DNA from: an uncultured Verrucomicrobiae bacterium
GTDB lineage: Bacteria > Verrucomicrobiota > Verrucomicrobiia > Palsa-1439
Length of the DNA stretch: 64,000 nt
NCBI GenBank assembly: GCA_963812605.1
Contig: CAWEWF010000014.1
Span: forward strand, 36,418-100,417
Direction: 5' to 3'
In this document: positions 35,615 through 45,390 of the stretch, piece by piece
How the letters are laid out: each line of letters starts with the position of its first letter
Numbering within the stretch: the first letter of the stretch is position 1
Position numbers and translations under genes: made by a program
The notes under the pieces: model-generated
What the model was told of the DNA's origin: nothing
The model's database searches: none
Seen by the model: the letters and a program-made list of their open reading frames with translations, nothing else

Positions 35615-37779
35615 CCTGCCGCATTTTCAACGATGGGCGCAAGCGCGGCCCGGAATTGCGCGAGGTTTTCCGATTTGCCGATGACCACGAGATCGTCGCC
35701 TATGACCAGCCGCGTGGCGGGTTCGGGCATCTCCGTGAGGCTGCGACCCGTGACCGGATCACGGCGCTTGATGGCAAGGATGTGGACGCCGTAGCTGGCG
35801 CGGGGCGCCAGGTCCGCCAGCGTGCGACCGCCCAGGTGCGCGGGCAATTCGAGCGTCCGCAGTTCGAAGCCCTCGGGCAGCTCCAGGAAAACATCGCGTT
35901 TCTCATCGCCTTCCTTGACGACAAAGTGCCCGAGAAGCTGCCGCTTGTGCATGATCTCCTGGCTGTAGACGCCCAGCAGGTCGCGTTTCGAAATCCAGCC
36001 AATCAGTTTGCGATCCGTGGGATTGTTGATCACGGGCAGGCGTTCGGCGTTTTCCCGCCAGAAAATGTCCATCGCGTCGGCCAGGTTCTGGCGCGGGGTC
36101 ACGAATTGGAACGAGTCGTCCACCAGATCATCGGCGATGACAGATGACAGCGATTCGCCCTGATGCAACATTTCCTTCATCGAATGGAGTCGAATCGCCC
36201 CGAGAAACCTGCCCTCGCTATTCACCACGTAAAGATTGCTGTACGGCTCCTTCAGGAATTGCTCCACAATCATGGAGAAAGGGACCGAGTGGCTGACCGC
36301 GGGCACGTCATCATGCATGATGTCCTCCACCCGCAGCGATTGCATGACGCCGGCTTCGAGTCCCGTGGGTAGCACCACGCCGCTGCGGTGGAGTGACTCC
36401 TCTTCCAGCGAGCGGGCCTTGAAGAGGCGCGTCGTGAAATGGCTGACGATACAAACGAACATCAATGGCAGCACAATCTGGTAGTTGTTGGTCTGTTCAA
36501 AAATCATCATGATGGCCGTGAGGGGCGCATGTGTCATTCCCGCGAGAAGCCCGCCCATGCCCACCAGCGCGTAGGCGCCATGCTCGGCCGTCGCGTGCGG
36601 AAATAATTCGTGGACACCATAGCCGAACGCGCCTCCCAGCAGGGACCCCAGCATCAGGGACGGTGTAAACATCCCGCCCGCGCCACCGGATCCAAATGTC
36701 AGTGAGGAAGCGAGCATCTTCAGGGGAATCAGCGTCAATAGCAGCAGGATCGGAAGCTGCCCGCGCAGCGTCAGATTCACTGTTTCGAAGCCGTTGCCGT
36801 ACACGTGGGGATACCAAACCCCGATCACCCCGACCAGTGCCATGCCAAGCGCGGGCTTTACCCATTTCGGCACGGGGAGTTTCTCGAAAGCATCCTGCGA
36901 ACCGAACAGCACGCGCATGAATAGCAGGGAGATTAACCCCGAAAGCAATCCCAGGATGAGATAGGGCAGGAGTTCCCACGCCGACACGAGTTCGTAATGC
37001 GGGACCTCAAAGCGCGGCAGGTTGCCCATACAACTGCGGAACACCAGCGTCGAAATCACCGACACCACGACGACGGGTCCGAGCACCTCGATGGCGAAGT
37101 TGCCCATGAGAATTTCCAGCGCGAACAGCGAGCCGCCAATCGGCGCGTTGTACACCGCCGCCAACGCTGCCGCCGCCGAGGCGCAGACCAATATGCGTAG
37201 CTGCTGGGTTGTCAGGTTGAAGCGGCGTCCCATATAAGAGCCAATCGCGCTGGCCAGCAGCGCCATGGCGCCTTCACGACCCAGGGAACCGCCCGTGGAA
37301 ATCGTCACAATCGCCGCCCAGTCGCGCGGCACCGTCTGCCGTACGGAGATCGCACCGCCTTTCAGGGACACGGCTTGCATAATGGTGGTGATGCCGCCAC
37401 CGCGGGTCTGGACGCGAAAGAACCAGCCGATCAAGCCCACCAACAATCCGCCGACAAGGGGAATGATAATACGGACCGGCCAGGGATTATCGGCGGCGGC
37501 ATCGAGCAGATTCTGGCCGCTGCCCCAGAACTGGTTCTGGAGAAAGGAAATGATGTGCGCGGTCACCACGGAGGTGAGGCCGACCGTCAAGCCCACCAGC
37601 GGCAGGAGCAAGAGAAACACGTTCTCGCCGGGAGAGCGTTTGGCCAGCTGCGGCCAGATCAAGGTCCGGAATTTGTTGCCGATTGACCGAACCCATGGCA
37701 GCAATGGTTGCATCTGAGGTATTGTAGTAACAAATCGGGCGCGATGGGTCAAACCATGCGCTGCAGGAAAGTCTTGCAA
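35611..37779 (-). CDS. ClC-family chloride channel/antiporter with C-terminal CBS pair and TrkA-C (RCK_C) domain
   Basis: ClC motifs GGSLGREGA and GGMFTPSL, about 10 TM helices, and a C-terminal regulatory domain. ATGA overlap with the downstream ClpX-like gene. Confidence 0.8.
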   Translation of the reverse strand: MQDFPAAHGLTHRARFVTTIPQMQPLLPWVRSIGNKFRTLIWPQLAKRSPGENVFLLLLPLVGLTVGLTSVVTAHIISFLQNQFWGSGQNLLDAAADNPWPVRIIIPLVGGLLVGLIGWFFRVQTRGGGITTIMQAVSLKGGAISVRQTVPRDWAAIVTISTGGSLGREGAMALLASAIGSYMGRRFNLTTQQLRILVCASAAAALAAVYNAPIGGSLFALEILMGNFAIEVLGPVVVVSVISTLVFRSCMGNLPRFEVPHYELVSAWELLPYLILGLLSGLISLLFMRVLFGSQDAFEKLPVPKWVKPALGMALVGVIGVWYPHVYGNGFETVNLTLRGQLPILLLLTLIPLKMLASSLTFGSGGAGGMFTPSLMLGSLLGGAFGYGVHELFPHATAEHGAYALVGMGGLLAGMTHAPLTAIMMIFEQTNNYQIVLPLMFVCIVSHFTTRLFKARSLEEESLHRSGVVLPTGLEAGVMQSLRVEDIMHDDVPAVSHSVPFSMIVEQFLKEPYSNLYVVNSEGRFLGAIRLHSMKEMLHQGESLSSVIADDLVDDSFQFVTPRQNLADAMDIFWRENAERLPVINNPTDRKLIGWISKRDLLGVYSQEIMHKRQLLGHFVVKEGDEKRDVFLELPEGFELRTLELPAHLGGRTLADLAPRASYGVHILAIKRRDPVTGRSLTEMPEPATRLVIGDDLVVIGKSENLAQFRAALAPIVENAAG

Positions 37780-37898
37780 TCGAAAAAAATTGAGCGATTA
37801 TGGAATGCGGCGTGTCTGACGTAACAAGGAGGTCTGACGTGCCGCACAACTGAAGGATGGCTGGCAACGCAGAGGAAGAAGAAAGGGGGACGACAGGC

Positions 37899-38126
37899 AT
37901 GACGCAACAGAATTTGACGCCGGAGCAGATTGCCGCTCGTGCCTACCAGCTTTATCTCGAACGGGGACGCACTCATGGGCACGATTTCGATGATTGGCTG
38001 CAGGCCGAATACGAGTTGAGGCAATTGCCGGTCCGCAAACTCGCCGAGTTGGAGCCGCCGCCGGTTCCGCGAGGCAAAACCAATTCAAGGTCCATCATCG
38101 ACCTCGTCCGGACAGCGATGTACTAG
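37899..38126 (+). CDS. DUF2934 family protein
   Basis: IAARAYQLYLERGRTHGHDFDDWLQAEYEL is the DUF2934 signature. Confidence 0.55.
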   Translation: MTQQNLTPEQIAARAYQLYLERGRTHGHDFDDWLQAEYELRQLPVRKLAELEPPPVPRGKTNSRSIIDLVRTAMY

Positions 38127-38202
38127 CGGCGACGCGATGGAAGAAGAACCGCCGGGTACTGCCGTCGAGTCTGTGATTTCGCCGGACGATCAACTGTGAT
38201 CG

Positions 38203-39021
38203 TTACTTTCCGAGTTGCGCGTGCCTTTTCATGAAACTGGCGACGCGCTTCACGTCCACAGCGTTTGACCATAAGCCGCCGACTTTGAAGTGCGATCCGA
38301 CAATGAACCCGTCCGCGAGAGCGTAGTACTTCGCCAGGTTTTGCGCCGCCACGCCGGAGCCGAGATAGATTGGCAGGCGACAACGTTTCTTGACGGCCCG
38401 TATATCCGCGGGCCCGGGCGGGTCGCCCGTGACCGTTCCGGTGATGATCACTGCGTCGCCGCGCATAAACTCGACCGCTTCCGCCGTCTCGCCGATACCG
38501 ATATCAGCGGTGATCGCATGCGAACTGTGCTTCTTTTTCACGTCGGCCCAGACCTGCACGTGGTCGGCGCCGATCTGCTTGCGGTAACGGAGCAGGGGAG
38601 CCGCGGAGGCCTGGATGAGCCCCTCGTCGGCCACGTGGGCGAAGGCGAAACCTTCGACGCGGATGAAATCCAAACCTGCCGCGTGGGCGATTGCCATGGC
38701 TTCCGTGTTGGCGCCGGCCAGGACCTGGACGCCGCAAGTCAGTTTGGTTGATTTCTTTATCGCGGAGGCGACGATGGCCATCACCGCGACAACCTCCGGG
38801 CCGACCGCACCCCGCAAGTACGGCGTGTCGTGCATATTCTCGATCAGGATGCCGTGCACGCCTTCCTCGCGATAAATTTTGGCCTCGCGTAACGCCAGCG
38901 ATTCGATCTCACGCACGGTTCGCCGACTGGCGGGCGTGCCCGGCAGCGCTTCGAGGTGAATCATGCCAATGACCGGTTTGGATGACGAAAAGAGCGGATT
39001 CTTTGCAGGCATAGAAAACAA
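38203..39021 (-). CDS. BtpA/SgcQ family TIM-barrel protein
   Basis: N-terminal VIGMIHLEALPGTP and overall size are typical of the BtpA family. Confidence 0.6.
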   Translation of the reverse strand: MFSMPAKNPLFSSSKPVIGMIHLEALPGTPASRRTVREIESLALREAKIYREEGVHGILIENMHDTPYLRGAVGPEVVAVMAIVASAIKKSTKLTCGVQVLAGANTEAMAIAHAAGLDFIRVEGFAFAHVADEGLIQASAAPLLRYRKQIGADHVQVWADVKKKHSSHAITADIGIGETAEAVEFMRGDAVIITGTVTGDPPGPADIRAVKKRCRLPIYLGSGVAAQNLAKYYALADGFIVGSHFKVGGLWSNAVDVKRVASFMKRHAQLGK

Positions 39022-39053
39022 TTATAACGATCCGCTTCGACAAACCAAGCGCG

Positions 39054-40964
39054 TTGATGAACTTGGCAGAATATCTGTATGCGAGTTCTCTCTTGTTCGC
39101 GCCGCCGCAACGTGGTTTGCTTTTCGCGATGCCGACACCCGCGACCATGCAAGCGAATACGCAATCCGACTGGACGGTCATCCGTCGTCTGCTGGCACTG
39201 AGTTGGCGCTATCGCGCGGGCTGCATCAAGGTGTTCATTTACCAGTTGGTCCTGCTCTCGATGGGGCTGGCGGGGCTGGGGTTGACGGGGCTGGGGATTG
39301 ATTTTGTTCGCTGGCAAATTCACTCGACAGCGACACCGCCGCACTGGCCGTTCGGGCTGGCGCCGCCAGCGGCGTGGTCGCCGATGAAGGTGCTCACGGT
39401 CATCGCGGCCATCATGTTCACGTTCGCGATCCTGCGAGCGGTGCTGAACTACGTTTACAGCATCGCCGTGGCCGTGCTTGTGGAGCGGTACATTGTGGTC
39501 GAGATGCGGGCGCAGGTCTATGAGAAACTCCAACGGCTCAGCTTTCGCTTTTATGATGCCAACGAGACCGGCTCGATCATCAACCGCGTCACCGGCGACT
39601 CGCGCGCGGTCGCGAACTTCGTCAACAACGTGTTGATCCAAAGCATCATCATGGTGTTGTCGCTCGTCGTGTTCCTGTCGTACATGCTGACCATTCATGT
39701 AAAGCTCACGCTGGCGTGCCTGGCGGTGATTCCGCTGCTCTGGGTGATCGCCGCTGTCTTCTCGCGTGTCGTCCAGCCCGAATATGTCCGCAATCGCGAG
39801 CTGGTGGATCGGATGATTCTGCATGTCGCCGAGACCGCACAGGGAATCCAAACGATCAAGGGTTTCGCCCGCGAACGGGAGCAGAGCGCCATCTTCGCCG
39901 CCAGCAACGAAGCCGTGCGCGCGCAACAGCAGACGATTTTCTGGCGCGTGAGCCTGTTTGTGCCGTCGATCGGGATGCTGACGCAGGTGAGCTTGTTTGT
40001 GCTGCTGATTTACGGCGGGCACCTGGTCATCGTGGGCGAATTGCCGTTGGGCACCGGCATGGTCGTGTTCGCGGGACTCTTGCAGCAGTTCGCGGCGCAA
40101 ATCGCGAACATCGCGCAAATCGCCAACACCATCCAGCAGAGCCTCACGGGGGCGCGGCGCGTGTTTGAGGTGCTGGACGCGCCCATCGAAATCGTCAATC
40201 CGCCCAATGCGACCCGGCTGGCGCGCGCCAAGGGCGACGTGCGGTTCGAGAGCGTCAGTTTCGGGTACAACGCCGGGGATGATCCGGAGTTGCAAGGGGT
40301 GACCTTTGAGGTGCGACCAGGCGAGAGCATCGCCATTCTTGGGCCGACTGGCTCGGGCAAGACAACGTTGTTGAGTTTGATCACGCGATTCTATGATCCC
40401 CAGCGCGGGCGGGTGCTGGTCGACGGCACCGACGTGCGGCGATTTAATCTCGACGATCTGCGCCGCAACGTGGGGTTGGTGTTCCAGGAGAGTTTTCTTT
40501 TCAGCAACACCGTCGCGGCCAATATCGCGTTCGGGCATCCGGATGCGACACGCGACGAGATCGAGCGGGCGGCGAAGATCGCCGCCGCGCACGAGTTTAT
40601 CGTGAACCTGCCCAAGGGCTACGACACGCTGCTCGGCGAAGGCGGCAAGGATTTGTCGGGCGGGCAGCGCCAGCGGCTGGCCATCGCGCGCGCGTTGTTG
40701 CTCGATCCCGCGATCCTGTTGCTCGACGACCCGACGGCAGCGGTCGATCCCGAGACGGAAAAGGAGATTCTCGAAGCGATTGAGAATGCGATGCGCGGGC
40801 GCACCACGTTCATGGTGGCCAACCGCATCAGCACGTTGCGGCGCGCCGACCGCATCCTCGTGCTGGAGGACGGACGGATCGTACAGGTCGGCACGCACGA
40901 GGAGCTGGTTCGCATTGATGGGCCGTATCGGCGCACGACGGAATTGCAGTTTGCCACCTCATGA
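39054..40964 (+). CDS. ABC exporter subunit (TMD-NBD half transporter) with a degenerate Walker B/catalytic site (ILLLDDPTAAVD)
   Basis: Six TM helices, Walker A GPTGSGKTT, signature LSGGQRQRLAIARAL. Walker B has D in place of the catalytic E. Confidence 0.85.
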   Translation: MMNLAEYLYASSLLFAPPQRGLLFAMPTPATMQANTQSDWTVIRRLLALSWRYRAGCIKVFIYQLVLLSMGLAGLGLTGLGIDFVRWQIHSTATPPHWPFGLAPPAAWSPMKVLTVIAAIMFTFAILRAVLNYVYSIAVAVLVERYIVVEMRAQVYEKLQRLSFRFYDANETGSIINRVTGDSRAVANFVNNVLIQSIIMVLSLVVFLSYMLTIHVKLTLACLAVIPLLWVIAAVFSRVVQPEYVRNRELVDRMILHVAETAQGIQTIKGFAREREQSAIFAASNEAVRAQQQTIFWRVSLFVPSIGMLTQVSLFVLLIYGGHLVIVGELPLGTGMVVFAGLLQQFAAQIANIAQIANTIQQSLTGARRVFEVLDAPIEIVNPPNATRLARAKGDVRFESVSFGYNAGDDPELQGVTFEVRPGESIAILGPTGSGKTTLLSLITRFYDPQRGRVLVDGTDVRRFNLDDLRRNVGLVFQESFLFSNTVAANIAFGHPDATRDEIERAAKIAAAHEFIVNLPKGYDTLLGEGGKDLSGGQRQRLAIARALLLDPAILLLDDPTAAVDPETEKEILEAIENAMRGRTTFMVANRISTLRRADRILVLEDGRIVQVGTHEELVRIDGPYRRTTELQFATS

Positions 40965-42790
40965 AAGCGGCCCTGACACAAGTGCGACAGGAAGACCTGG
41001 ACGAGTTGAACCTGCGTCCGCTGGAAATGAACTTGATCTGGCGGATGTTCCGGTACACGCAGGCGCACGCGCGCAAACGGAATTGGTTGTTCACGCTCGT
41101 GATTGTGCGGTCGATTCAATTGCCGATGCTGGCGTGGGCCATCGGCGCGGTGATCAACGGGCCGATTGCCCGGCACGATTCGCGCGGCGTCATGTGGGGT
41201 GCGGTCGGATTCCTGGCGTTCGCGGCAGTGACGCAGTTCTGCTTCCACTTTCGCCAGCGGCTGGCGCTGGAGTTGGGCGAGTCGGTTCTCCAGGATTTGC
41301 GACGCGACATTTTCCAGCATTTGCTGCGGATGCCGATGAGTTTCTACAACCGCACGAAAATCGGGCGCATCATCAGCCGTTACACGTCCGATGCCGAGGC
41401 CATGCGGGTCGGCTGGCAGGACGTGTTTTTCATCACGGCGGTCCAGGCAGGACAGATGTTTTTTTCGGCGCTGCTGATGTTGTGGTACGACCGGGTGCTG
41501 TTTCTGGTCGTACTGGCCATGGCACCGGTGTTGGGGGCCATGAATTATCATTTCCGCCGCACGCTGAGCAACGCGAACCGCAAGGTGCAGGAGAGCTGGA
41601 GTCGCGTGACGGCGACCATCGCGGAATCGGTCACGGGAATTCGCGTGACGCAGGGATTCGTGCGGCAGGATGTGAACGCGGGCCTGTTTACGGACCTGCT
41701 GATGGACCATTCGGTTTACAATCTCGGTGTGGCGCGGGCGACGGGTGTGTTTCTGCCGATGCTGGAATTGAACAGCCAGACGTTCACCGCGGCGCTGCTG
41801 GTGCTGGGCGGCTATCGGGTGTTGAGCCCGACGATTCATATGGACGTGGGCAACCTGATCCAGTTCTTTTTTCTCGCCAACCTGTTTTTCAGTTCCATTC
41901 AGCCGCTGGGCAACATGTACAACCAGGCGCTGGCGGCGATGGCGGGGGCGGAGCGCGTTTTCCGTCTGCTCGACACCAAGCCTGATTGGGAGGAACCGCC
42001 GACGGTGCGCGAGTTGCCGCGCATCCGGGGACGCGTCGAGTTTCGCGATGTCAGCTTCGGTTACGTCCCCGATCGGCTGGCGCTGGACGAAATGAATTTC
42101 ATCGCTGAACCCGGGCAGACTATCGCGCTCGTCGGTCACACGGGCAGCGGCAAGAGTTCCATCGTCAATCTGATCACAAAATTCTATCTGCCGGGGGAAG
42201 GCGCTGCGCTGATTGACGGGTTCGATACGCGTGATATCCAGGGCGACTCACTGCATCGGCAAATGGGTATCGTCAGCCAGCAGAATTTCCTGTTTAGCGG
42301 CACGGTGATGGATAACATCCGCTTTGGCCGGCCCGCCGCGACCGACGAGGAAGTTGTGGATGCCGTCCGCAAACTGGATTTCCTCGACGTGATCGGTTCG
42401 CTCTCGGCGGGATTCGCGACGGCGGTGGGGGAACGCGGCACGAACCTCTCGCTTGGCCAGCGCCAGCTTATTTGTTTTGCGCGCGCGATGCTGGCCGACC
42501 CGCGCATCTTGATTCTCGATGAGGCCACGAGTTCCGTGGACGCCATGACCGAAGCGCGCATCCAGAAGGCGCTTGTAAGGTTGTTGCAAGGCCGCACCAG
42601 TTTCGTCGTCGCCCACCGCCTCAGCACGATCCGCCATGCCGACCTGGTTCTCGTGCTGAGCCACGGAAAAATCGTGGAACGCGGCACGCACACGCAGTTG
42701 CTGGCGGCGAACGGCACTTATGCGGAATTGTACCGGCAATTCATCCGCGCGACGGGGACGACGCCAAGGCAGACGGTAACAGGTGTGTAA
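40961..42790 (+). CDS. ABC exporter subunit (TMD-NBD half transporter), canonical ATPase site; heterodimer partner of 39054-40964
   Basis: Walker A GHTGSGKSS, signature LSLGQRQLICFARAM, Walker B ILILDEATSSVD. 4-nt overlap with the upstream gene. Confidence 0.85.
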   Translation: MKAALTQVRQEDLDELNLRPLEMNLIWRMFRYTQAHARKRNWLFTLVIVRSIQLPMLAWAIGAVINGPIARHDSRGVMWGAVGFLAFAAVTQFCFHFRQRLALELGESVLQDLRRDIFQHLLRMPMSFYNRTKIGRIISRYTSDAEAMRVGWQDVFFITAVQAGQMFFSALLMLWYDRVLFLVVLAMAPVLGAMNYHFRRTLSNANRKVQESWSRVTATIAESVTGIRVTQGFVRQDVNAGLFTDLLMDHSVYNLGVARATGVFLPMLELNSQTFTAALLVLGGYRVLSPTIHMDVGNLIQFFFLANLFFSSIQPLGNMYNQALAAMAGAERVFRLLDTKPDWEEPPTVRELPRIRGRVEFRDVSFGYVPDRLALDEMNFIAEPGQTIALVGHTGSGKSSIVNLITKFYLPGEGAALIDGFDTRDIQGDSLHRQMGIVSQQNFLFSGTVMDNIRFGRPAATDEEVVDAVRKLDFLDVIGSLSAGFATAVGERGTNLSLGQRQLICFARAMLADPRILILDEATSSVDAMTEARIQKALVRLLQGRTSFVVAHRLSTIRHADLVLVLSHGKIVERGTHTQLLAANGTYAELYRQFIRATGTTPRQTVTGV

Positions 42791-42947
42791 ATTATAGGGC
42801 GTGGACTCCTTCGACCACGAAGCCACGAAGGACACGAAGATTTATGGATAGCATTATCCATAGCCGAGGGTGGCGAGGAGGGAAACGGGCGGCGGAACTG
42901 ACGAAAGCGGCTTGTGAATTGTAAAGCGGTGACACTCTAAACTTCGC

Positions 42948-43835
42948 TCAACCGGAAATATGAGCGACTTCCTTCCGTATGTCTTCGCCAGCGGCCTTAA
43001 TTCCGTGCGGTATGTCGATCCAGATTATACCCTGAATATCTGAGGGTAGTTCAATAGGTCCCTTTCGTAGCGCAATGACTCGGCCAGTCTTTCTCCCCAT
43101 TTGGGCGTAGAAGAATCCAAGCTCGAAGACCACGTTCTGTCGCGCTCTCCGCTTGTCGTCGTCAGTTGCGAGACTAACACCCGAATCGTCCGGTGTCAGA
43201 AGAACGAAGACGCAGTCAATGCGAGACGCGAATTCTTCAAATTTTTCAATGATGGTCTTGCCCCGACTTGGTTGCTCGCGGAGCACAACTGGTTCTTGCC
43301 ACTTCAGCGTATTCTGGAGGTAGTCCTTAAGTTCGGTTAGTGTTGCTTCGTCATGCCCGTGAACGATGAATGCTTTCGGAGCCGGAATGGTCGATAAAAC
43401 CCCGATCTTTTCGAGGGCCCGAAGTAGAGAATGCGGGCCTTCATCCTTGAATATGAAGGGGATTCCCTGTTCGGACGCCCATTCGCTCGCCTCGCCCCCC
43501 ACGATTCCCGACGAAAGCAAGATGAGGGGCATCTTATGGCCGCGATTTTTGACTTCTCGGCACAGTGCGACGCCAGAGAAGAAACCTGCCCGTGCTGATT
43601 CCGGTGAAATCCCCGATTCCGCGGGATCATTGGGCAGCATCACATCCGAAATTACGCAACCGAAACCTTCGAGAGGCATATGCAGCGCCTGCTGCACACT
43701 TCCAGCGACGACACTTTCAAAGCCGTTATCGGACAAGAGTTCTGTAAGTCGGATGGCGTAATAGTGGTCGTCTTCAACGATCAGGATTTTCATACGCATT
43801 TTAGAAAGACATTCTTCCAGTTGCTTTCGATTCAA
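42948..43835 (-). CDS. Response-regulator receiver domain fused to a TIR-like nucleotide-binding domain (COG4271 / CAP12-Pycsar-effector-type)
   Basis: N-terminal REC (MKILIVEDD … ISDVMLP). C-terminal KAFIVHGHDEATLTELKDYL … CVFVLLTPDD … RARQNVVFELGFFYAQMGRKTGRVIAL … ELPSDIQGI matches the TIR-like family consensus (FAIVLLTPDD … ARQNVIFELG … PSDL) from memory. The likely true start is MRMKILIV at 43793-43799. Confidence 0.7.
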   Translation of the reverse strand: MNRKQLEECLSKMRMKILIVEDDHYYAIRLTELLSDNGFESVVAGSVQQALHMPLEGFGCVISDVMLPNDPAESGISPESARAGFFSGVALCREVKNRGHKMPLILLSSGIVGGEASEWASEQGIPFIFKDEGPHSLLRALEKIGVLSTIPAPKAFIVHGHDEATLTELKDYLQNTLKWQEPVVLREQPSRGKTIIEKFEEFASRIDCVFVLLTPDDSGVSLATDDDKRRARQNVVFELGFFYAQMGRKTGRVIALRKGPIELPSDIQGIIWIDIPHGIKAAGEDIRKEVAHISG

Positions 43836-44217
43836 TTAACTTCCTCGCCGTGTCTAATGGTGTCTCCCCTTTCCTCAGGTATAAAATGTTCTGCTTCTTT
43901 AGGTCTTCGATCTTCTCCGCATCAGCTATGACCGATAAGCAGATGATCGCGACCCCTCGCCATTGCTGCCGGATCTTACGTACAAAGTGGAATCCTGCGG
44001 AAGATGAATCGACTCCTGGGAATCCATCACCTGCAGGCATCATTATATCAGTCACGACGACATCGATATGTTGGTGCTGAAGAATGTCCCATCCATCTGT
44101 CACATTCGTTTTCGAAATGCAATTGTAGCCTCTGGATTCCAAGGAAAGTCGCAATGCCTCACTAAGCCACGGTTCATCGTCGACAAAAAGGATAGTATAC
44201 TTTGCATTGTCATTCAT
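43801..44217 (-). CDS. Stand-alone response-regulator receiver (CheY-like)
   Basis: ILFVDDEPWL … phospho-acceptor D in DVVVTDIMMP … K in YLRKG. No output domain. Confidence 0.8.
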   Translation of the reverse strand: MNDNAKYTILFVDDEPWLSEALRLSLESRGYNCISKTNVTDGWDILQHQHIDVVVTDIMMPAGDGFPGVDSSSAGFHFVRKIRQQWRGVAIICLSVIADAEKIEDLKKQNILYLRKGETPLDTARKLIESKATGRMSF

Positions 44218-44984
44218 GCCATTCGGCTCCGGGGAAAAACAAGCGTAAACTGGGAGGTCTTTCCATTGGTATCGAGTGTCACTCTGCCCTCGTGAAGTTG
44301 CATCACACGCGTCGCCAAGTAGAGACCAATGCCTGTTCCTGCCGGGACTCTCTGTTTGGCAGCCGCACCGCGAACGCCCCGCTCGAATATCTTTTCCCTT
44401 TCTGCTCCGCTTATCGGCATGCCTACACTGGTTACCGAAACCCCAACACCATCCAACTTTTCGGCGCGAACGGTGATTGCAGTCCTGGCGTCTGCATATT
44501 TTACGGCATTCTCCAGGAGGTTGGATATAGCCTGAGCAACCAAGTTCTTCTCTGCCCGTACCTTCCGAGTATCCAAGATGTCCTTGAATGAGTCGTTGTC
44601 GACAATAATATTTTTCTCAACGTCGAAAGCTTGGGGCTGAAAATCATTGGCGAGGTTGATTGCCAGCAGCATCAGGTCAATGGGTACTTGGTTTCGCATT
44701 TGTCCAAGCTGTTCGTCGGCTTCAAGGTTCGACATCAGAGCGAAGTTCTTAATTAAGTGAACCAGAATTGTCGCTTGGGAATACACAGAGCGAAGAAGAT
44801 TTCCTTTGCGAGGCACCGGAATGCTTTCATCCTTGAGCGCTTCAATGCTCCACTTGATGGCCCCTAGCGGCGCGGTCAACTGGTGAGCAACATTCTGGAG
44901 ATACATCCTGCTTAGGTCTTTGGAGGATTGAAGTTGTTTTTTTAGGTCTTCGACCTGTTTGCGGAGCTCTTCGATTTCACTCAT
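44214..44984 (-). CDS. Cytoplasmic histidine kinase (coiled coil + HisKA + HATPase_c, no sensor or TM domain)
   Basis: H-box NVAHQLTAPL, N-box LLENAVKY, G-boxes GTGIGL. ATGA overlap with the downstream REC gene. Confidence 0.8.
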   Translation of the reverse strand: MSEIEELRKQVEDLKKQLQSSKDLSRMYLQNVAHQLTAPLGAIKWSIEALKDESIPVPRKGNLLRSVYSQATILVHLIKNFALMSNLEADEQLGQMRNQVPIDLMLLAINLANDFQPQAFDVEKNIIVDNDSFKDILDTRKVRAEKNLVAQAISNLLENAVKYADARTAITVRAEKLDGVGVSVTSVGMPISGAEREKIFERGVRGAAAKQRVPAGTGIGLYLATRVMQLHEGRVTLDTNGKTSQFTLVFPRSRMA

Positions 44985-45390
44985 AGGAAGTTCCTTAAAC
45001 TGGATGCTTCTTCACTCGAATCTCGCCCGACACTCGCCTCAGCAACAGCACGGTGCTGCATGCTGGAGTCTACCAAGCGTTTCGCCGTTCGAGCAAGCCT
45101 GGCGAGTATGGAGTTGCGGCAAAGGATCTAGTATTGGTTATCGGTTTACCCTCTTTTCGGTCAAATCGACCTCAAAACGCCAATGTTTACGAGCATTTCG
45201 TAGAAAAGCTTCCAAACCTTCCAAAGCTTCCAGAGTGCACGCATGCGATTTTGGGCGTTGGGGTAGAGTTGGCATGTGAGTTGTATGAAGAAGGTTTCCA
45301 GTCGCGGTATGACCGAGAGGACTGCCCACAACAACCAGACGGCGCGCGGGACGCACGCCCTACAATCGGACCCCAGGAAAGGATGTAGTT

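Noticed and set aside
34211-35794. 527-aa plus-strand ORF
   Set aside because: Antisense to the ClpX-like gene (clear Walker A/B on the minus strand).
38961-40898. 645-aa minus-strand ORF
   Set aside because: Antisense to the ABC exporter gene, which has clear Walker/signature motifs on the plus strand. The translation is Arg/His/Pro/Gln-rich nonsense.
40619-42139. 506-aa minus-strand ORF
   Set aside because: Antisense to the second ABC exporter gene. Low-complexity R/H/P/Q-rich translation.
42833-42852. Hairpin tatggata-gcat-tatccata between the ABC exporter and the REC::TIR-like gene
   Set aside because: AT-rich 8-bp stem with no flanking U-tract on either strand. Too weak to call a terminator.
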